A DNA stretch of 64,000 nt. It comes from Nostoc sp. GTDB lineage: Bacteria; Cyanobacteriota; Cyanobacteriia; Cyanobacteriales; Nostocaceae. The DNA lies in the NCBI GenBank assembly GCA_036918135.1, contig JBALDB010000015.1, positions 96,001 to 160,000 on the forward strand. The letters run 5' to 3'. Positions 22,206-33,374 of this stretch are shown in pieces (position 1 is the first letter of the stretch; each line of letters opens with the position of its first letter). The position numbers and the translations under genes are program-made. The notes below the pieces were generated by a model. The model searched no databases, was not told where the DNA came from, and saw nothing but the letters and a program-made list of their open reading frames with translations.

Positions 22206-22661
22206 CTACTTGCTAACAGTATCAGGAAGAATTACGATATCTAACCAATAAGTTATAAAACTTTGAATAGTTTGTACCAATCTGTTGATATCGATTGGTT
22301 TTAAAATATAACTAGCAATGCAATATCCGTAACATACTTCAATATCTCTAGGGTTAGAAGAAGTGGTAAATACAACCACTGGAATATTTTTCAGGTCTCG
22401 ATCCTGCTTGATTTGCTCTAAAACTTCTCGCCCATCGGTTCCTGGTAAATTTAGGTCGAGTAAAATAATTGAGGGACAAGGAAACTTCTGAGAATCAGTG
22501 TAGCGACCTGTGTGGTAAAGAAAGTCTAGCGCCTCATCGCCATCAGTACAGCGAAACACAGGATTGATCACAGCTTGTCGGCGCATGACTCGACATAAGG
22601 CTTCAAAGTCTTCATCGCTGTCTTCAATCACTAGCAAAGGTTGGGCGGTTTTGCCAATCAT
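22206..22661 (-). CDS. Rcp1/RcpB-type single-domain response regulator
   Basis: [26 protein letters not shown]; directly downstream of phytochrome. Confidence 0.92.
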   Translation of the reverse strand: MIGKTAQPLLVIEDSDEDFEALCRVMRRQAVINPVFRCTDGDEALDFLYHTGRYTDSQKFPCPSIILLDLNLPGTDGREVLEQIKQDRDLKNIPVVVFTTSSNPRDIEVCYGYCIASYILKPIDINRLVQTIQSFITYWLDIVILPDTVSK

Positions 22662-22666
22662 TCAGT

Positions 22667-24928
22667 TCAGTCTCCTGCTCCTAATGTGAAATAAAAGGTA
22701 CTACCTTCACCGTAGGTTGACTCCACCCAGATTTTACCGCCATGTCGCTCGACAATTTTTTTCGTAATCGTTAATCCCGCCCCTGTACCACCGCCATATT
22801 TGTTTGGCCCGTGTAGCCGTTTGAAGATGCGGAAAATTGCTTCAAAGTGTTTTTCTCGAATCCCAATGCCGTTATCTCGGACGTAGAATGTAACTGGTAT
22901 CGGTGAAGCGGCTTCAATATAACCAATTTCAATCCATTTTTGGGGTTTGTCGTTGTATTTAATAGCATTGGCAATCAGATTGTTAAAGACTTCACCTACT
23001 TGGACGCGATCGCAATACACTGTTGGTAGCAATCTAGGAATACGAATTTCTACCCCCATCTCCTCAATTCGGGCGCTCAACAAGTCTAAATTTCGCTCTA
23101 CAAGGCTATTAATATCACTCTGCTGCATAGAAAGATCCACTCTTCCCAAGCGGGAAAAATGTAGCAGCGAATCAATTAAATCTTCCATGCGTTGAGTCAA
23201 ACGAATCAGAGTTCTTAATTTTTGCGTACCTTCTTCGTTAAGAATGTCGCCGTAGTCTTCAATCAGAAAATTAGAATAATTATGAATACCGCGCAGTGGT
23301 TCTTTCAAATCATGAGAAGCAATGTAGGCAAAGGCATCTAATTCATTGTTGCTGCGTTCTAGTTCAATATTGAGCTGCGCTAGTTCATCTGCTTTTCGGA
23401 ACACCACACCAATAATAGCGTTTCTCAACTCCAGTGCTGCATTTACTTCACAAGGTTTCCAACTCAGAGATTTTAATCGTACCGTTTCTTTCCATAACTC
23501 AAACGATTTCCGAGGTGATAGACGCATACTGCCGTTTCCCGTTACTTCTACAGGCTTATTTGGGTTACCTCCCCAATTAACAGTTCGCACTTCCTCTGGG
23601 CGAAACCACAAAATATAGTTTTTTTGAATTTTGGAAAATGAAAGCGCCATCAAGCCACTAGCTACATCCCCAAATTTTTCTGCATCTGGATAAACTTGTG
23701 ATAGCGAATCGGTATAAAAAATTTCTTCGTGGACGTTTTGAGAAATCCACTCGATTAAATTTTGAATCTCTTGTTTTTCGGGAGTGTTACCAATTGAAAA
23801 ATATTCCTTTTCAAAATATACTACTGCTCCTTGGGCATTAACAAGCTCGAGGAGATTCGGTTGATTTTGAATTAAACCTTCAATAAAGTTATTTCCTGCT
23901 GATATATATTCTATTAACTTGCTATAAACTGATTTTAAATGTATTTTATATTCACTATCTTCGCTATCCTCTTTTGCACTCAGTTCTACAGATGTAATTT
24001 GTCCTAAAAATTCACAGGCATTACGAATTTCATATGGAACATATTTAGGTGATTGATGATGGCAGGCAATTAATCCCCATAATTTTTGATTTTTCATAAT
24101 AGAAATTGACATTGATGCCGTTACGCCCATATTATGCATATACTCAACATGTAAACGCGAAACACTCCGCAACACCGAGTTACTTAAATCTAAGGGCTGC
24201 CCAGTTAAAGGATTATTTGCAGGCAAAATTGCTGCTGGTTGATAATCAAAATTAGGTATTAGCCTCAGCCAATTTTCGCTGTAAAGTTGTCTAGCTTGTA
24301 TGGGAATATCCGAAGCTGGATAATGTAAGCCTAAATAAGATGTAAGATATTCTGGCTTTTCTTCAGCAATTACTATGCCATTCCAGTCCTCATCAAAGCG
24401 ATAGACCATTACCCGTTCAAAACCAGTAATATTTTTAACTTCTTGAGCAAGAATTTGACTTAATTCTATAACACCCGATGTCATTTGTAATTTAGAGATA
24501 GCTTGTTTAACTAGATGATAAAATTTAAAGTATGTGTTACTTTTTTCGGAAAATATAGGTTCTAACTCTAAAATTAAAATAGTGTTGGAACGATGAAGAA
24601 TTACATCAAAATATAAATTTTTATCGTCAAAGTTAATTGTAAATTCTAAAGGATTAACAAATTTTAAATTTTCTTGAGATAAACAATCTATTAAAAAATT
24701 AAGTTGCTCGGTTTCCAAAAAATTACTTAAAGGTTGATTGAGCAAATTTTCCGGATTTACGCCAAATAAATAAGAAGTATTATTACTACATTGGAGGATA
24801 GTTAACTCTGGTTCTTTTAATGCCAAAAGAACTCCATGAGGTTGAATAAAGCTAGGAATATGAATGGGTTCTCGATCGCAATTGCTAAGGTCAACTTTAA
24901 AGGGAATGGTAATATCGTTATTGTTCAC
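22667..24928 (-). CDS. Bacteriophytochrome histidine kinase (CphB/AphB-type)
   Basis: N-terminal C-DREPIHIP, HYPASDIP, PRKSF tongue, SHDLKEP; Leu rather than Cys before the GAF His (RLH). Confidence 0.92.
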   Translation of the reverse strand: MNNNDITIPFKVDLSNCDREPIHIPSFIQPHGVLLALKEPELTILQCSNNTSYLFGVNPENLLNQPLSNFLETEQLNFLIDCLSQENLKFVNPLEFTINFDDKNLYFDVILHRSNTILILELEPIFSEKSNTYFKFYHLVKQAISKLQMTSGVIELSQILAQEVKNITGFERVMVYRFDEDWNGIVIAEEKPEYLTSYLGLHYPASDIPIQARQLYSENWLRLIPNFDYQPAAILPANNPLTGQPLDLSNSVLRSVSRLHVEYMHNMGVTASMSISIMKNQKLWGLIACHHQSPKYVPYEIRNACEFLGQITSVELSAKEDSEDSEYKIHLKSVYSKLIEYISAGNNFIEGLIQNQPNLLELVNAQGAVVYFEKEYFSIGNTPEKQEIQNLIEWISQNVHEEIFYTDSLSQVYPDAEKFGDVASGLMALSFSKIQKNYILWFRPEEVRTVNWGGNPNKPVEVTGNGSMRLSPRKSFELWKETVRLKSLSWKPCEVNAALELRNAIIGVVFRKADELAQLNIELERSNNELDAFAYIASHDLKEPLRGIHNYSNFLIEDYGDILNEEGTQKLRTLIRLTQRMEDLIDSLLHFSRLGRVDLSMQQSDINSLVERNLDLLSARIEEMGVEIRIPRLLPTVYCDRVQVGEVFNNLIANAIKYNDKPQKWIEIGYIEAASPIPVTFYVRDNGIGIREKHFEAIFRIFKRLHGPNKYGGGTGAGLTITKKIVERHGGKIWVESTYGEGSTFYFTLGAGD

Positions 24929-25465
24929 GTTTTAGTACCAATAAGAAGTAGTGTGCTTGAGTAATGTTGGATCTCAAATTAAAAGGATATTTTAAAAGTT
25001 TTCGTTGACGAATCAAACATTTTATATTTTTCTAAATCCTCCTAAAAAACGAAGACTTGGAAAAATAAAATTTACCACTGTCATAAAGTGGCTTAAATCA
25101 TTATTAAAGAAGGTTAGAGAGATATACATATAATCTAATACTTGCAAACATCCTTTGAGATAGTCTTTAATTTCTTTATAAAAATTTTGTTTTCATCTAT
25201 TTAAAGAATTTTAAAAAAGTGTTAAGATAAAAATCTTGCAATCATATTTTCTCATGAAACTGCTATTTAGGAAAATGAAAATTATTTATGTCAATCAATA
25301 TTGACATTCACAGAATTTGCTCTAAGCAAGAAGATAAATGTTAAAAAAATAGGAGTAAATTGAATTAATAGCTAAAACAGTTGAATTATTTTCTAAAAAA
25401 CTAGACGCGATCGCAGTAAAATTACCAATGATGTAGTCACTGAGAAAATAAAACAAGCAGGTGAT

Positions 25466-25728
25466 TATAGTAATCCGCTTTGATTTTTGAACTTACTTGG
25501 CTTCGTAGGGAGAAGCCACTGTGATATTGGAGTCTCCCCAAGTCGAAGGGGTAGTGCATACAAAGGGGTTCCCACACCAGTTACTACAACTCTTGGAACC
25601 CTAAGGGCGGATTAGTTCCCCACGAGCAATTGCCGTCAAGTGGCGTTAGGGAGTAGAGAGTAGAGAATAGGGAAGAACCCTTTTCAAGTTATACCTAGCG
25701 AGAGCAAAAATTAAAAAGGAGTCCTATA
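25466..25728. mobile_element. MITE-like element with degenerate terminal inverted repeats
   Basis: TATAGTAATCCGCTTTGATTTTT ... AAAAATTAAAAAGGAGTCCTATA ends; GC-richer interior in AT-rich spacer. Confidence 0.55.
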
Positions 25729-25766
25729 GTAATAATTTTTATTTTATCAACGTTAATGGACATGTT

Positions 25767-26171
25767 ATGGAACCTCCTCTCCCTCTTGTTGGCTTAGACA
25801 TCCTCGTCGTTGATGATGATGATGATAGTCGTTTTTACATTACAACTGTATTAGAAGCAGATGGAGCAACCATCACAGCAGTTGCATCGGCAGCAGACGC
25901 ATTGAAAGTACTACCCGAATTGCAGCCTGATATCTTGATATGCGATATTGCTATGCCTAGTGAAGATGGCTATACCCTCATCCGCAAAATCCGGGCGCTC
26001 AAACCAGATATTTATAGCAAACTCCCTGCCATCGCGTTAACCGCCTATGGCGATCGCGAGTATCGTAACATCGCCTTAGAAGCAGGCTTTCAGATTCATG
26101 TCGCTAAACCAATCGATCCAGCAGAACTAGTTGCAGTCGTCACAAATTTAGTTGCTTCTTATAAAAGTTAA
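25767..26171 (+). CDS. Single-domain response regulator
   Basis: VVDDDDD, ICDIAMP, ALTAY, KP. Confidence 0.9.
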   Translation: MEPPLPLVGLDILVVDDDDDSRFYITTVLEADGATITAVASAADALKVLPELQPDILICDIAMPSEDGYTLIRKIRALKPDIYSKLPAIALTAYGDREYRNIALEAGFQIHVAKPIDPAELVAVVTNLVASYKS

Positions 26172-26715
26172 TACAAAATATTGTCATTGTCTAAATAGGG
26201 CATTGGGAGTACTGAGTTAAGAGCCTTGGCCAAGACGTTTGAGTTGCTTCGGTTGAAAATTAAGAGTATTCTCCCCCTGCTTCCCCTACCTCAAGAACTC
26301 CCTCATCCCTAACTCTCAAAACACCGCCAGAAGCGATTGCATATGAGTTAATCACACTGGACAGAAGTAGCGATTGCATGAATTACTTCTGGTGCGATCG
26401 CCATTCGATCTACCAACCAAGGTAAATTCTCTTTTAGGGACTGACAAATAAAAAAATATTCCACTGTTCACAGTCAATTGATATTAATAATTTGCTTAGT
26501 TACAGGTACAATACTCCTCCGATAAACTACTTTTTATCAACTTGTTCTAACTGACTAAAGTCATCCACTGACGTTTTTAATTATCTTAACTACCTTAGTG
26601 CGTCTTACTTTGTTAGCATCCATCCCATCTGTAATTTGTTAATTGACCAAGTACTAACCCTGACTACTAATTCCAGTAACATTAGTATTTATCAACAAGT
26701 TTCAATACAAAGCTA

Positions 26716-27069
26716 ATGTCTTCAACTCCTCTAACACTCAATTTAATTGAAGGTTCTGTCTCTTTCAGTTTTTCACCTCAAGCAGCACGAGAATTGAAAG
26801 CAGCAATAGATCGGTTAATGGAACGCTTAAAAGCTGTCGCTGCTAAACCCACTCCTGGCGGTGGTAAAGCGACTCCCCAACCTCCCCTGGAATATCGTTA
26901 CACTGGCGAAGTCTTTTTAGAAGTTTTCTGTAATCCTAATATTTGGCCAAGTCCCTTCGCAGCTAAAGTTCTGTTAACTGTCCGCAACATCAACATCCGC
27001 GTAACTACAGAAGCCGAATTGACTCGGATCGTTGATGATATTAATCAATATTTAGATCAAGTGGGATGA
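26716..27069 (+). CDS. Conserved cyanobacterial hypothetical protein
   Basis: 117-aa ORF, FCNPNIWP motif. Confidence 0.7.
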   Translation: MSSTPLTLNLIEGSVSFSFSPQAARELKAAIDRLMERLKAVAAKPTPGGGKATPQPPLEYRYTGEVFLEVFCNPNIWPSPFAAKVLLTVRNINIRVTTEAELTRIVDDINQYLDQVG

Positions 27070-27458
27070 GGGAGATGAGGAGATGGGGAGGCAGGAGGAG
27101 AATAACTCTTAACTCTTTACTCCTAACTCTTCACTCTCAATGCCTAATGCCTCATGCCTAATTTATATAAAAATTACCGGAGCAGTTCAGCGTTGGGAAC
27201 CACCCCGGTAAGAGAATTTACATACTAGACTCAAGTTGTAGCACCAGCTATATTAAGTTCTGATGCCTAAATCCCCTGAAAACTTGTATAAATGTAAGAC
27301 TCTAATTTTTCCGTATTAATCAACAAAGCAAGATTTTGCATCGGGCAATGCTTACCAAAAGCCAGAGATTATCCCCTTGATTGGACGTCAAATCGTTAAT
27401 TGTGGAATCCACATATCGAAAATAAACTCCCAATCTCAAACCCGAAATTAAACATCGA

Positions 27459-27695
27459 TCAGTCGTTATCCCATTGTTCACGACCAATTAAATCACCAAT
27501 GCGATCGCGTAACAAAAAATCACATTTTTCTAATTCACATTCAACGCAAACCCACTCTCTCGCTGGGATGTATTGGCAGAGTGTATATATTGGCTGCTGT
27601 CGGCTGACCATTCCCTTTTGCACTAGTCGACGTGCTTCGTCTTGGATCACATCCAGAGAGTAGTAATTAATAGAAGGCACCGTATTCACACTCAT
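27459..27695 (-). CDS. DUF4327 family protein
   Basis: IQDEARRLV, RQQPIYTLC, W..D terminus. Confidence 0.85.
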   Translation of the reverse strand: MSVNTVPSINYYSLDVIQDEARRLVQKGMVSRQQPIYTLCQYIPAREWVCVECELEKCDFLLRDRIGDLIGREQWDND

Positions 27696-27724
27696 GGTTT
27701 TTACTCACAAATTAACACTTAGAT

Positions 27725-27733
27725 AGTGTTCCC
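27725..27733 (-). promoter_or_regulatory. Candidate SigJ-type (J-box-like) -10 element
   Basis: GGGAACACT on minus strand about 30 nt upstream of the DUF4327 start codon. Confidence 0.4.
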
Positions 27734-28454
27734 GTTAGCTATCAGGAACAAACATGACAGGGATTTTACTTGTGGCTAGGGTTTTGTAGTTTGCTATACG
27801 GAACTAATTTAATTTTGACGCTACATAACCTGAAATTATCTCAAGAAATGTTAAGAAAGTCAACAAAAGCTGACATTGCCAAAAAATATGCTTCACAAAA
27901 CAATGTCAAACTAGCTAACCAAGCGTGCTGTTTTGGTTATGTAACTTTTATTCAACAGGTCTTTATGTTTTGCCCTTAGTGGCTTGAGGCATGATTTGGT
28001 TGGTGAGAAGAGTAGACACGATCGCTCAGATATTAAATAATCACCTTAAAGCTGTATCTAGAAGTGTTGGTATCTATCTCAAGGTAAATAAGATAAGAAT
28101 ATTAGCCAGCAACTAGGGTATAAACTATGGCAAAACTAACGGCTAAGTTACACTATCAAGACTTTTAGGCTACTAGATGTTAACAATTTCTTAAACAAAT
28201 CTGTAACTACTTGGTTAATTTCAGCGATGACAGTACATGGTTTTTTTGGAGCGACATCTGTAGAAGGGTGGAGTAATGCAATTTCTCTAAATGGAAAGAT
28301 AAGCGACGCGGTGAATGACAAATTATATGTAACTACCGATGGCTGAATTAGCTTATGGTTATATTAAAACAGACGCGATTAGATCGCGTCTGTAAAGTGT
28401 TTGGCGGATTTACTGAGGTCAATTGTTCTGAAGTGACATTGTTATTTAAGTTAC

Positions 28455-28874
28455 TTATTCTGAGAATTCCTCGTCATCCGGGTCTGTGCTGTCTTCTACT
28501 GCTATGGGATTTTCTGGCGATCGCTGATTGTTGATCTGGTTTAATAGTGCCAGTACCCTATTACCACGTTCTATGGAGCGATCTTCTATAAACACTACCT
28601 CTGGTGTACGACGTAGCCGTACCCTAGCACCAAGTTCGCTGCGGACATAACCCGTGGCTGACTTTAAACCCGCCATTGTTTGTGCTTTAGCTTCATCTGT
28701 ACCATAAATACTGACGTAGATTTTAGCGTGTTGGAGATCGCCAGAAACATCAACATCAGTAACACTTACCATTCCTGTACCTACACGGTCATCCTTAATA
28801 CCGTTGAGCAGCATTTGGCTAACTTCCCGTTTAATCAGTTCAGCAACACGGGAAACGCGGCGATTTGTAGCCAT
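28455..28874 (-). CDS. rbfA: Ribosome-binding factor A
   Basis: [34 protein letters not shown]. Confidence 0.97.
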   Translation of the reverse strand: MATNRRVSRVAELIKREVSQMLLNGIKDDRVGTGMVSVTDVDVSGDLQHAKIYVSIYGTDEAKAQTMAGLKSATGYVRSELGARVRLRRTPEVVFIEDRSIERGNRVLALLNQINNQRSPENPIAVEDSTDPDDEEFSE

Positions 28875-29002
28875 AAAAGTTTAGCCTCCTGACAGAGGTT
28901 GTACGACATAAATATAAACCCAAATTGGGTAGATAGTAACTAGCGTATAGCAAGTAACGCCAATAACTGTCTTTCGGGCACAAGCCACTGCATTGCTCCA
29001 GT

Positions 29003-29209
29003 CTAGATTGTACTCAAGCCCAGCATTGCACGTAAGGTAAGAGTAACAAACACCAAACTGCCGACAAACAAACCCAAAAGAGCAATTAAGGTGATTGGGC
29101 GTTTCAGCAGTGGTACTAATGGCGCAAAGGTGTTGAGAAATACCCCTAAGAGGACAGTAATAAAGTAGCGGGGGTAGCGAAAGACGTTATCCCAAAATCC
29201 ATCAAACAT
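29003..29209 (-). CDS. DUF751 family protein
   Basis: FWDNVFRYPRYF; synteny with rbfA. Confidence 0.85.
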   Translation of the reverse strand: MFDGFWDNVFRYPRYFITVLLGVFLNTFAPLVPLLKRPITLIALLGLFVGSLVFVTLTLRAMLGLSTI

Positions 29210-29374
29210 TTGAATGTAAACTGCCTTGTTATAAACTTACGTTTGTTTTGATATGCTTTATCTACATCAATTGTAATCTATGCAGTTGGAAAATTACCCA
29301 GTTAATATAAAATACGGTTCGTCAGTTATATTAACTATATTTAGTCGCAATTATTTACGTAAAATTTTAGGTAA

Positions 29375-30274
29375 ATGGTTATTCAAATCCCCAAAGAAAG
29401 TAGTCCGCGTCCATTTTTAAAGTGGGCAGGGGGTAAAACTAAGTTGATTCAGCAATATATTCCTTATTTTCCAAAGCATTATCAGACTTATTATGAACCA
29501 TTTTTAGGTGGTGGTGCTGTGTTTTTCTATCTTCAACCAAATACAGCTATTTTAACTGATATTAACGCTGAGTTAGTTAATACTTATTGCTGCGTTCGAG
29601 ATAGCGTTGATGAATTAATATTACTTCTGAAAGAACATAAAAAGCGACATAATAGAGATTATTATTATAATGTCAGGAATAACTCTAATGGTACTAATTT
29701 AGAAAAAGCTGCTCGTTTAATTTATTTAAATAAAACCTGTTTTAATGGTCTTTATCGAGTCAATTCACAGGGGAATTTCAATGTTCCATTAGGCAGATAT
29801 GAAAATCCTAACATCTGTCCGGAAAATTTACTGAAATTAGCCTCTACAGTACTTTCTCAGGTAGAAATTCACCAGGCAGATTTTACAGAAGTACTAAATC
29901 ATGCTACTAGCAGTGATGACTTTGTATTTTTCGATCCGCCTTACCACCCTATTAGTGACAGTAGCTATTTTACTGCTTATAATCAAAATTGTTTTACTAA
30001 AAAAGACCAAGAACTTTTGAGAGATACTTGTGCAGAGTTAGCAAGTCGTGGTGTCAAAGTTATGGTATGTAATTCTGATAGTGAATTTATCAGAAAAATT
30101 TATACTGATATTAATTTTGAAACACACACAATCAAAGCAGCGCGTTCAATTAACTCGAATAGCAAAAATCGAGGTATGATTGACGAACTATTAATTACAT
30201 CTTTTGATAATAAAGAAGTCAGGAGTCAAAATTCAGAAATTAGTATGAGTTATATACAATTAAGCAGTGAATAA
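29375..30274 (+). CDS. dam: Dam-family DNA adenine methyltransferase (DmtA-like, probably GATC)
   Basis: KWAGGK, YEPFLGGG, FNGLYRVN, DPPY. Confidence 0.92.
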   Translation: MVIQIPKESSPRPFLKWAGGKTKLIQQYIPYFPKHYQTYYEPFLGGGAVFFYLQPNTAILTDINAELVNTYCCVRDSVDELILLLKEHKKRHNRDYYYNVRNNSNGTNLEKAARLIYLNKTCFNGLYRVNSQGNFNVPLGRYENPNICPENLLKLASTVLSQVEIHQADFTEVLNHATSSDDFVFFDPPYHPISDSSYFTAYNQNCFTKKDQELLRDTCAELASRGVKVMVCNSDSEFIRKIYTDINFETHTIKAARSINSNSKNRGMIDELLITSFDNKEVRSQNSEISMSYIQLSSE

Positions 30275-30372
30275 ATACGTTTAATTGTATCATTCAATCA
30301 AATATTTAGTAGTCAATAAAAAGTTGTATATTTCAATATAACAACTATTACATTCAATTTCAGAATTCTTAT

Positions 30373-30867
30373 TTAAAGGTTTTTATTTCCCCAAGCAATG
30401 AATCTGTCCAAGCTATAAACTGCTAATAAATTATGGTTATCACTAACTCTTGCTTTTAGCCATTTGCTTGCACCTTCTCGCATTCCCTCACCACCTAGTA
30501 TGACAATAGTCGGTGCAGGATAATAATGCTGAATATTCATATTCAAATAAGGAAACTTTTCATCAACCGAACCAGGGCTTTCTTGCCATTTGCACTCGAT
30601 AATTAAACCAGATGGCATTGCAGGTGAGCCAACAATGTAAAAATCAACCTTTAAATCGGTATGATAAATTCCAGTTCCAATATAAACTTCTTTCCCATAG
30701 CGTTTTGGTAATAAAGCCGCATTTAATATAAATTCTTTTGAGACATAATTTCCCACTTGGAAATAATTATGTCCATTTAAGATTGCTTCTACATTAATTT
30801 CTAAAATCTTCCCTGCCTTATTTGCCCGTCCACCTTGAGTCAGAGCCATTCTAAATTCCTCTGCCAA
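30373..30867 (-). CDS. PD-(D/E)XK nuclease superfamily protein
   Basis: VDF...IIECKWQ...GSVDEK catalytic-like motif. Confidence 0.7.
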   Translation of the reverse strand: MAEEFRMALTQGGRANKAGKILEINVEAILNGHNYFQVGNYVSKEFILNAALLPKRYGKEVYIGTGIYHTDLKVDFYIVGSPAMPSGLIIECKWQESPGSVDEKFPYLNMNIQHYYPAPTIVILGGEGMREGASKWLKARVSDNHNLLAVYSLDRFIAWGNKNL

Positions 30868-31041
30868 AAGTACTGCTTATTCTAGGATTCCATAGAAGCA
30901 GTAATTGATGGTGAGTTACTTAATATGAATTTTTGTTAAAATGACAAAATATTGGTATTTTTGTACTAAATAAATACAAATGTATTAAGAATTTGGATAA
31001 AAAATGAGTAATTAGTTGAAGTAGTAATTTTCCTTTGGACT

Positions 31042-32262
31042 TTAACCCGTCTGTGCTTCAGTATTACCGTTGCGGATAGCCCATGCTAATTCTAATAATT
31101 GAGTCCAGCGCTTTTGCAGTTGTTTGGGAGTGCATTTGATGGCTTTAGCGATCGCTTGGTCGTTTTCTCGTGCAGTTTTGAGCTGTAAAATTTGCTGTTG
31201 TTGTTCTGTAAGTTGAGTGATAAAAGTTTCCCATTGCTGGGAAGATAAACCCAACTTTTGCTCTAAAGTAGCACCTAACCATTGATGTACCAATTGCCAA
31301 TGATGTTGCTTGGCAAACTTTTCTACATGGTATTTAAACCTTTGTTGCAGATAATCGCGCTGACGGCTACTTAAACCAAGAATTTGGTCAATTTCTGGTG
31401 CTGAAAGGTCTTGGAGTTTCAGGCTTAAATAATCCATACAGTCAGATTGACCTTGAGACTCCAGATATTTCATCAATTCAGCGATCACCCGATCGCGTTC
31501 TGATTCTTCCGATGGATCGAAACTAGCTTTGGCGATCATTTGCGATCGCAGTTGTTGCACCGCCGAATTACGCTGGTAAGATTCTGCTTCTTCACCCTTA
31601 GCAGACTCCACCGCCATTTCAATATCTACAGTAGTTTCTTGGGGCTGACGACGAGCAAAACCTTGCGCCCGCAAGATAATTAATTGCTGATTCGCACCGC
31701 CAGGTAAATTGATGCGACGTTTGGCGTACTGTTCTGTGAACGCCATATACTCAGCTAACTGCAACTGAGTACGCGGCGTGTGATCCTCAGGTAATTCGTT
31801 TTCTCGGCGGAAAGCTTTAATTGCTTCAATATAAAATGCTTGTAAAAAATCTTCAATCAGGCTGTAACGAGCGTCAAAACCCAACTCCGAACCGGATATA
31901 GTTACATGGCGGTAAACCATCGATCCCAAATTACTATGTAATTCCACCCGCCCTTGTTTTGAGCCTAGTTGGTAGTAACGTAAGCACTTTTGCATTCGAT
32001 GCCTTGCTAACGTCATCTGCCAAGACTGAATTTGTCCAGATGTCTGAATACGGGAGCTTTTATCGCAGATGCGTTCTACTTCCTTGGCAATGCGCTTTGC
32101 TAAAGCTTGGACGCACCTGGGTGCTGCTTTCACTTGTGCTTGCATTTCCTGACACAGTAATTGAATCAAGGTATCAGTGCTACTAGCTAGCAGTTCTTCG
32201 CCAGAAACGCGATTCTCAAAAACTGGTGTAGAGTTTAGTAGATTGGCGACATTAGCTTTCAT
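31042..32262 (-). CDS. HetZ-related protein (likely start MKANV at 32262)
   Basis: EVERIC..S.RIQ.SG, CLRYYQLGS.QGRVELHS, RQRDYLQQRFKYH, C-terminal HTH. Confidence 0.75.
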   Translation of the reverse strand: MKANVANLLNSTPVFENRVSGEELLASSTDTLIQLLCQEMQAQVKAAPRCVQALAKRIAKEVERICDKSSRIQTSGQIQSWQMTLARHRMQKCLRYYQLGSKQGRVELHSNLGSMVYRHVTISGSELGFDARYSLIEDFLQAFYIEAIKAFRRENELPEDHTPRTQLQLAEYMAFTEQYAKRRINLPGGANQQLIILRAQGFARRQPQETTVDIEMAVESAKGEEAESYQRNSAVQQLRSQMIAKASFDPSEESERDRVIAELMKYLESQGQSDCMDYLSLKLQDLSAPEIDQILGLSSRQRDYLQQRFKYHVEKFAKQHHWQLVHQWLGATLEQKLGLSSQQWETFITQLTEQQQQILQLKTARENDQAIAKAIKCTPKQLQKRWTQLLELAWAIRNGNTEAQTG

Positions 32263-32646
32263 AACTTTTCCAGAGAGTAGTATTGCACCGTAATTACAAC
32301 GCAGACACAGCGATCGAGGCTGGTCTTTGCTGGAGAATCTTTGGGCATTCATCCATCAAGACTTGCCCCATGTAATGCTCACATCTAAAGCTCATATTTA
32401 AAACTGTAGGAAATACGATAGAGTTACAGCTAAAACAATGTGTCGGTTCTTTCACAAACCACCACATTGATGCTAGTAAATGGATACGCAGCATTTTTTC
32501 AAAGTTGTTAAATGCCTTGCTGTAGCGAGTGTTGCCACCATTGTGTTATACCCACTGCAATCGCCTTTAATTATGACAATTTAAAAACTGGAGTTGTTTA
32601 AATCACAATTTCCGAAACCAAGACGTGCGCTAATGAAATATGATTC

Positions 32647-33306
32647 TTATACCCATGCTGCCGCAGCTTCCCAACCTAAACCCCTCCGTACAATTACTGC
32701 TTCATCTGCTGTTAAATCCAAAATAGTAGACACTTCATACGTAGGTTCCTCGCCAGTATCTACAATGATGTCTACGAATTTGTCCAAACGGTCAAATAGC
32801 TCTGCCCGCGATTGAATAGTTTCAGGATCTATGTGAATTAAGCTACTATTTACTTCATCTGGGGGCACATGTGCGGAAGTTGAAATAATTGGATTGCCTA
32901 AGGCTGCCAGCAGAGCCAAACACACAGTATGGTTTGGCACTCTAATTCCAGTAGTTTTCCGTTTGGGATTTTGCACCAATCGCGGTACTAACTTAGTGGC
33001 TGGGAGTAAAAACGTGTATGTACCAGGAATTAAGCGCTTCATAATCCGATAAGCTGTGTCACTTACGAAGGCATAAGTTGCCACATTTGAAAGCGAGGGA
33101 CATAAAAATGTTAGTGGTTTATCATTTGCTAGCTGCTTAATTTGTCGCACTCGTTCTACCGCCGACTTGGCATTCAAATCACAACCGATCGCATAGACTG
33201 TATCAGTAGGGTAAAGCATGACAGCGCCACTAGAAAGCGCTGACTTTATTTCTTCTATTCGGCGAATTTGAGGATTATCCGGATGAACTGGGAAAATTTT
33301 TGCCAT
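32647..33306 (-). CDS. Sua5/YciO/YrdC-family threonylcarbamoyl-AMP synthase-like protein
   Basis: YPTDTVY, GIRVP, ISTSA, STILDL. Confidence 0.9.
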   Translation of the reverse strand: MAKIFPVHPDNPQIRRIEEIKSALSSGAVMLYPTDTVYAIGCDLNAKSAVERVRQIKQLANDKPLTFLCPSLSNVATYAFVSDTAYRIMKRLIPGTYTFLLPATKLVPRLVQNPKRKTTGIRVPNHTVCLALLAALGNPIISTSAHVPPDEVNSSLIHIDPETIQSRAELFDRLDKFVDIIVDTGEEPTYEVSTILDLTADEAVIVRRGLGWEAAAAWV

Positions 33307-33374
33307 AGGACGGGTGGGGACTGGGGATGAGGGAGACGCGAGGACGCGGGGACGGGGAGAAAAACTAATGACTA

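Noticed and set aside
19812..26200. Integrative island at the guaA 3' end
   Set aside because: No integrase and no duplicated att sequence seen
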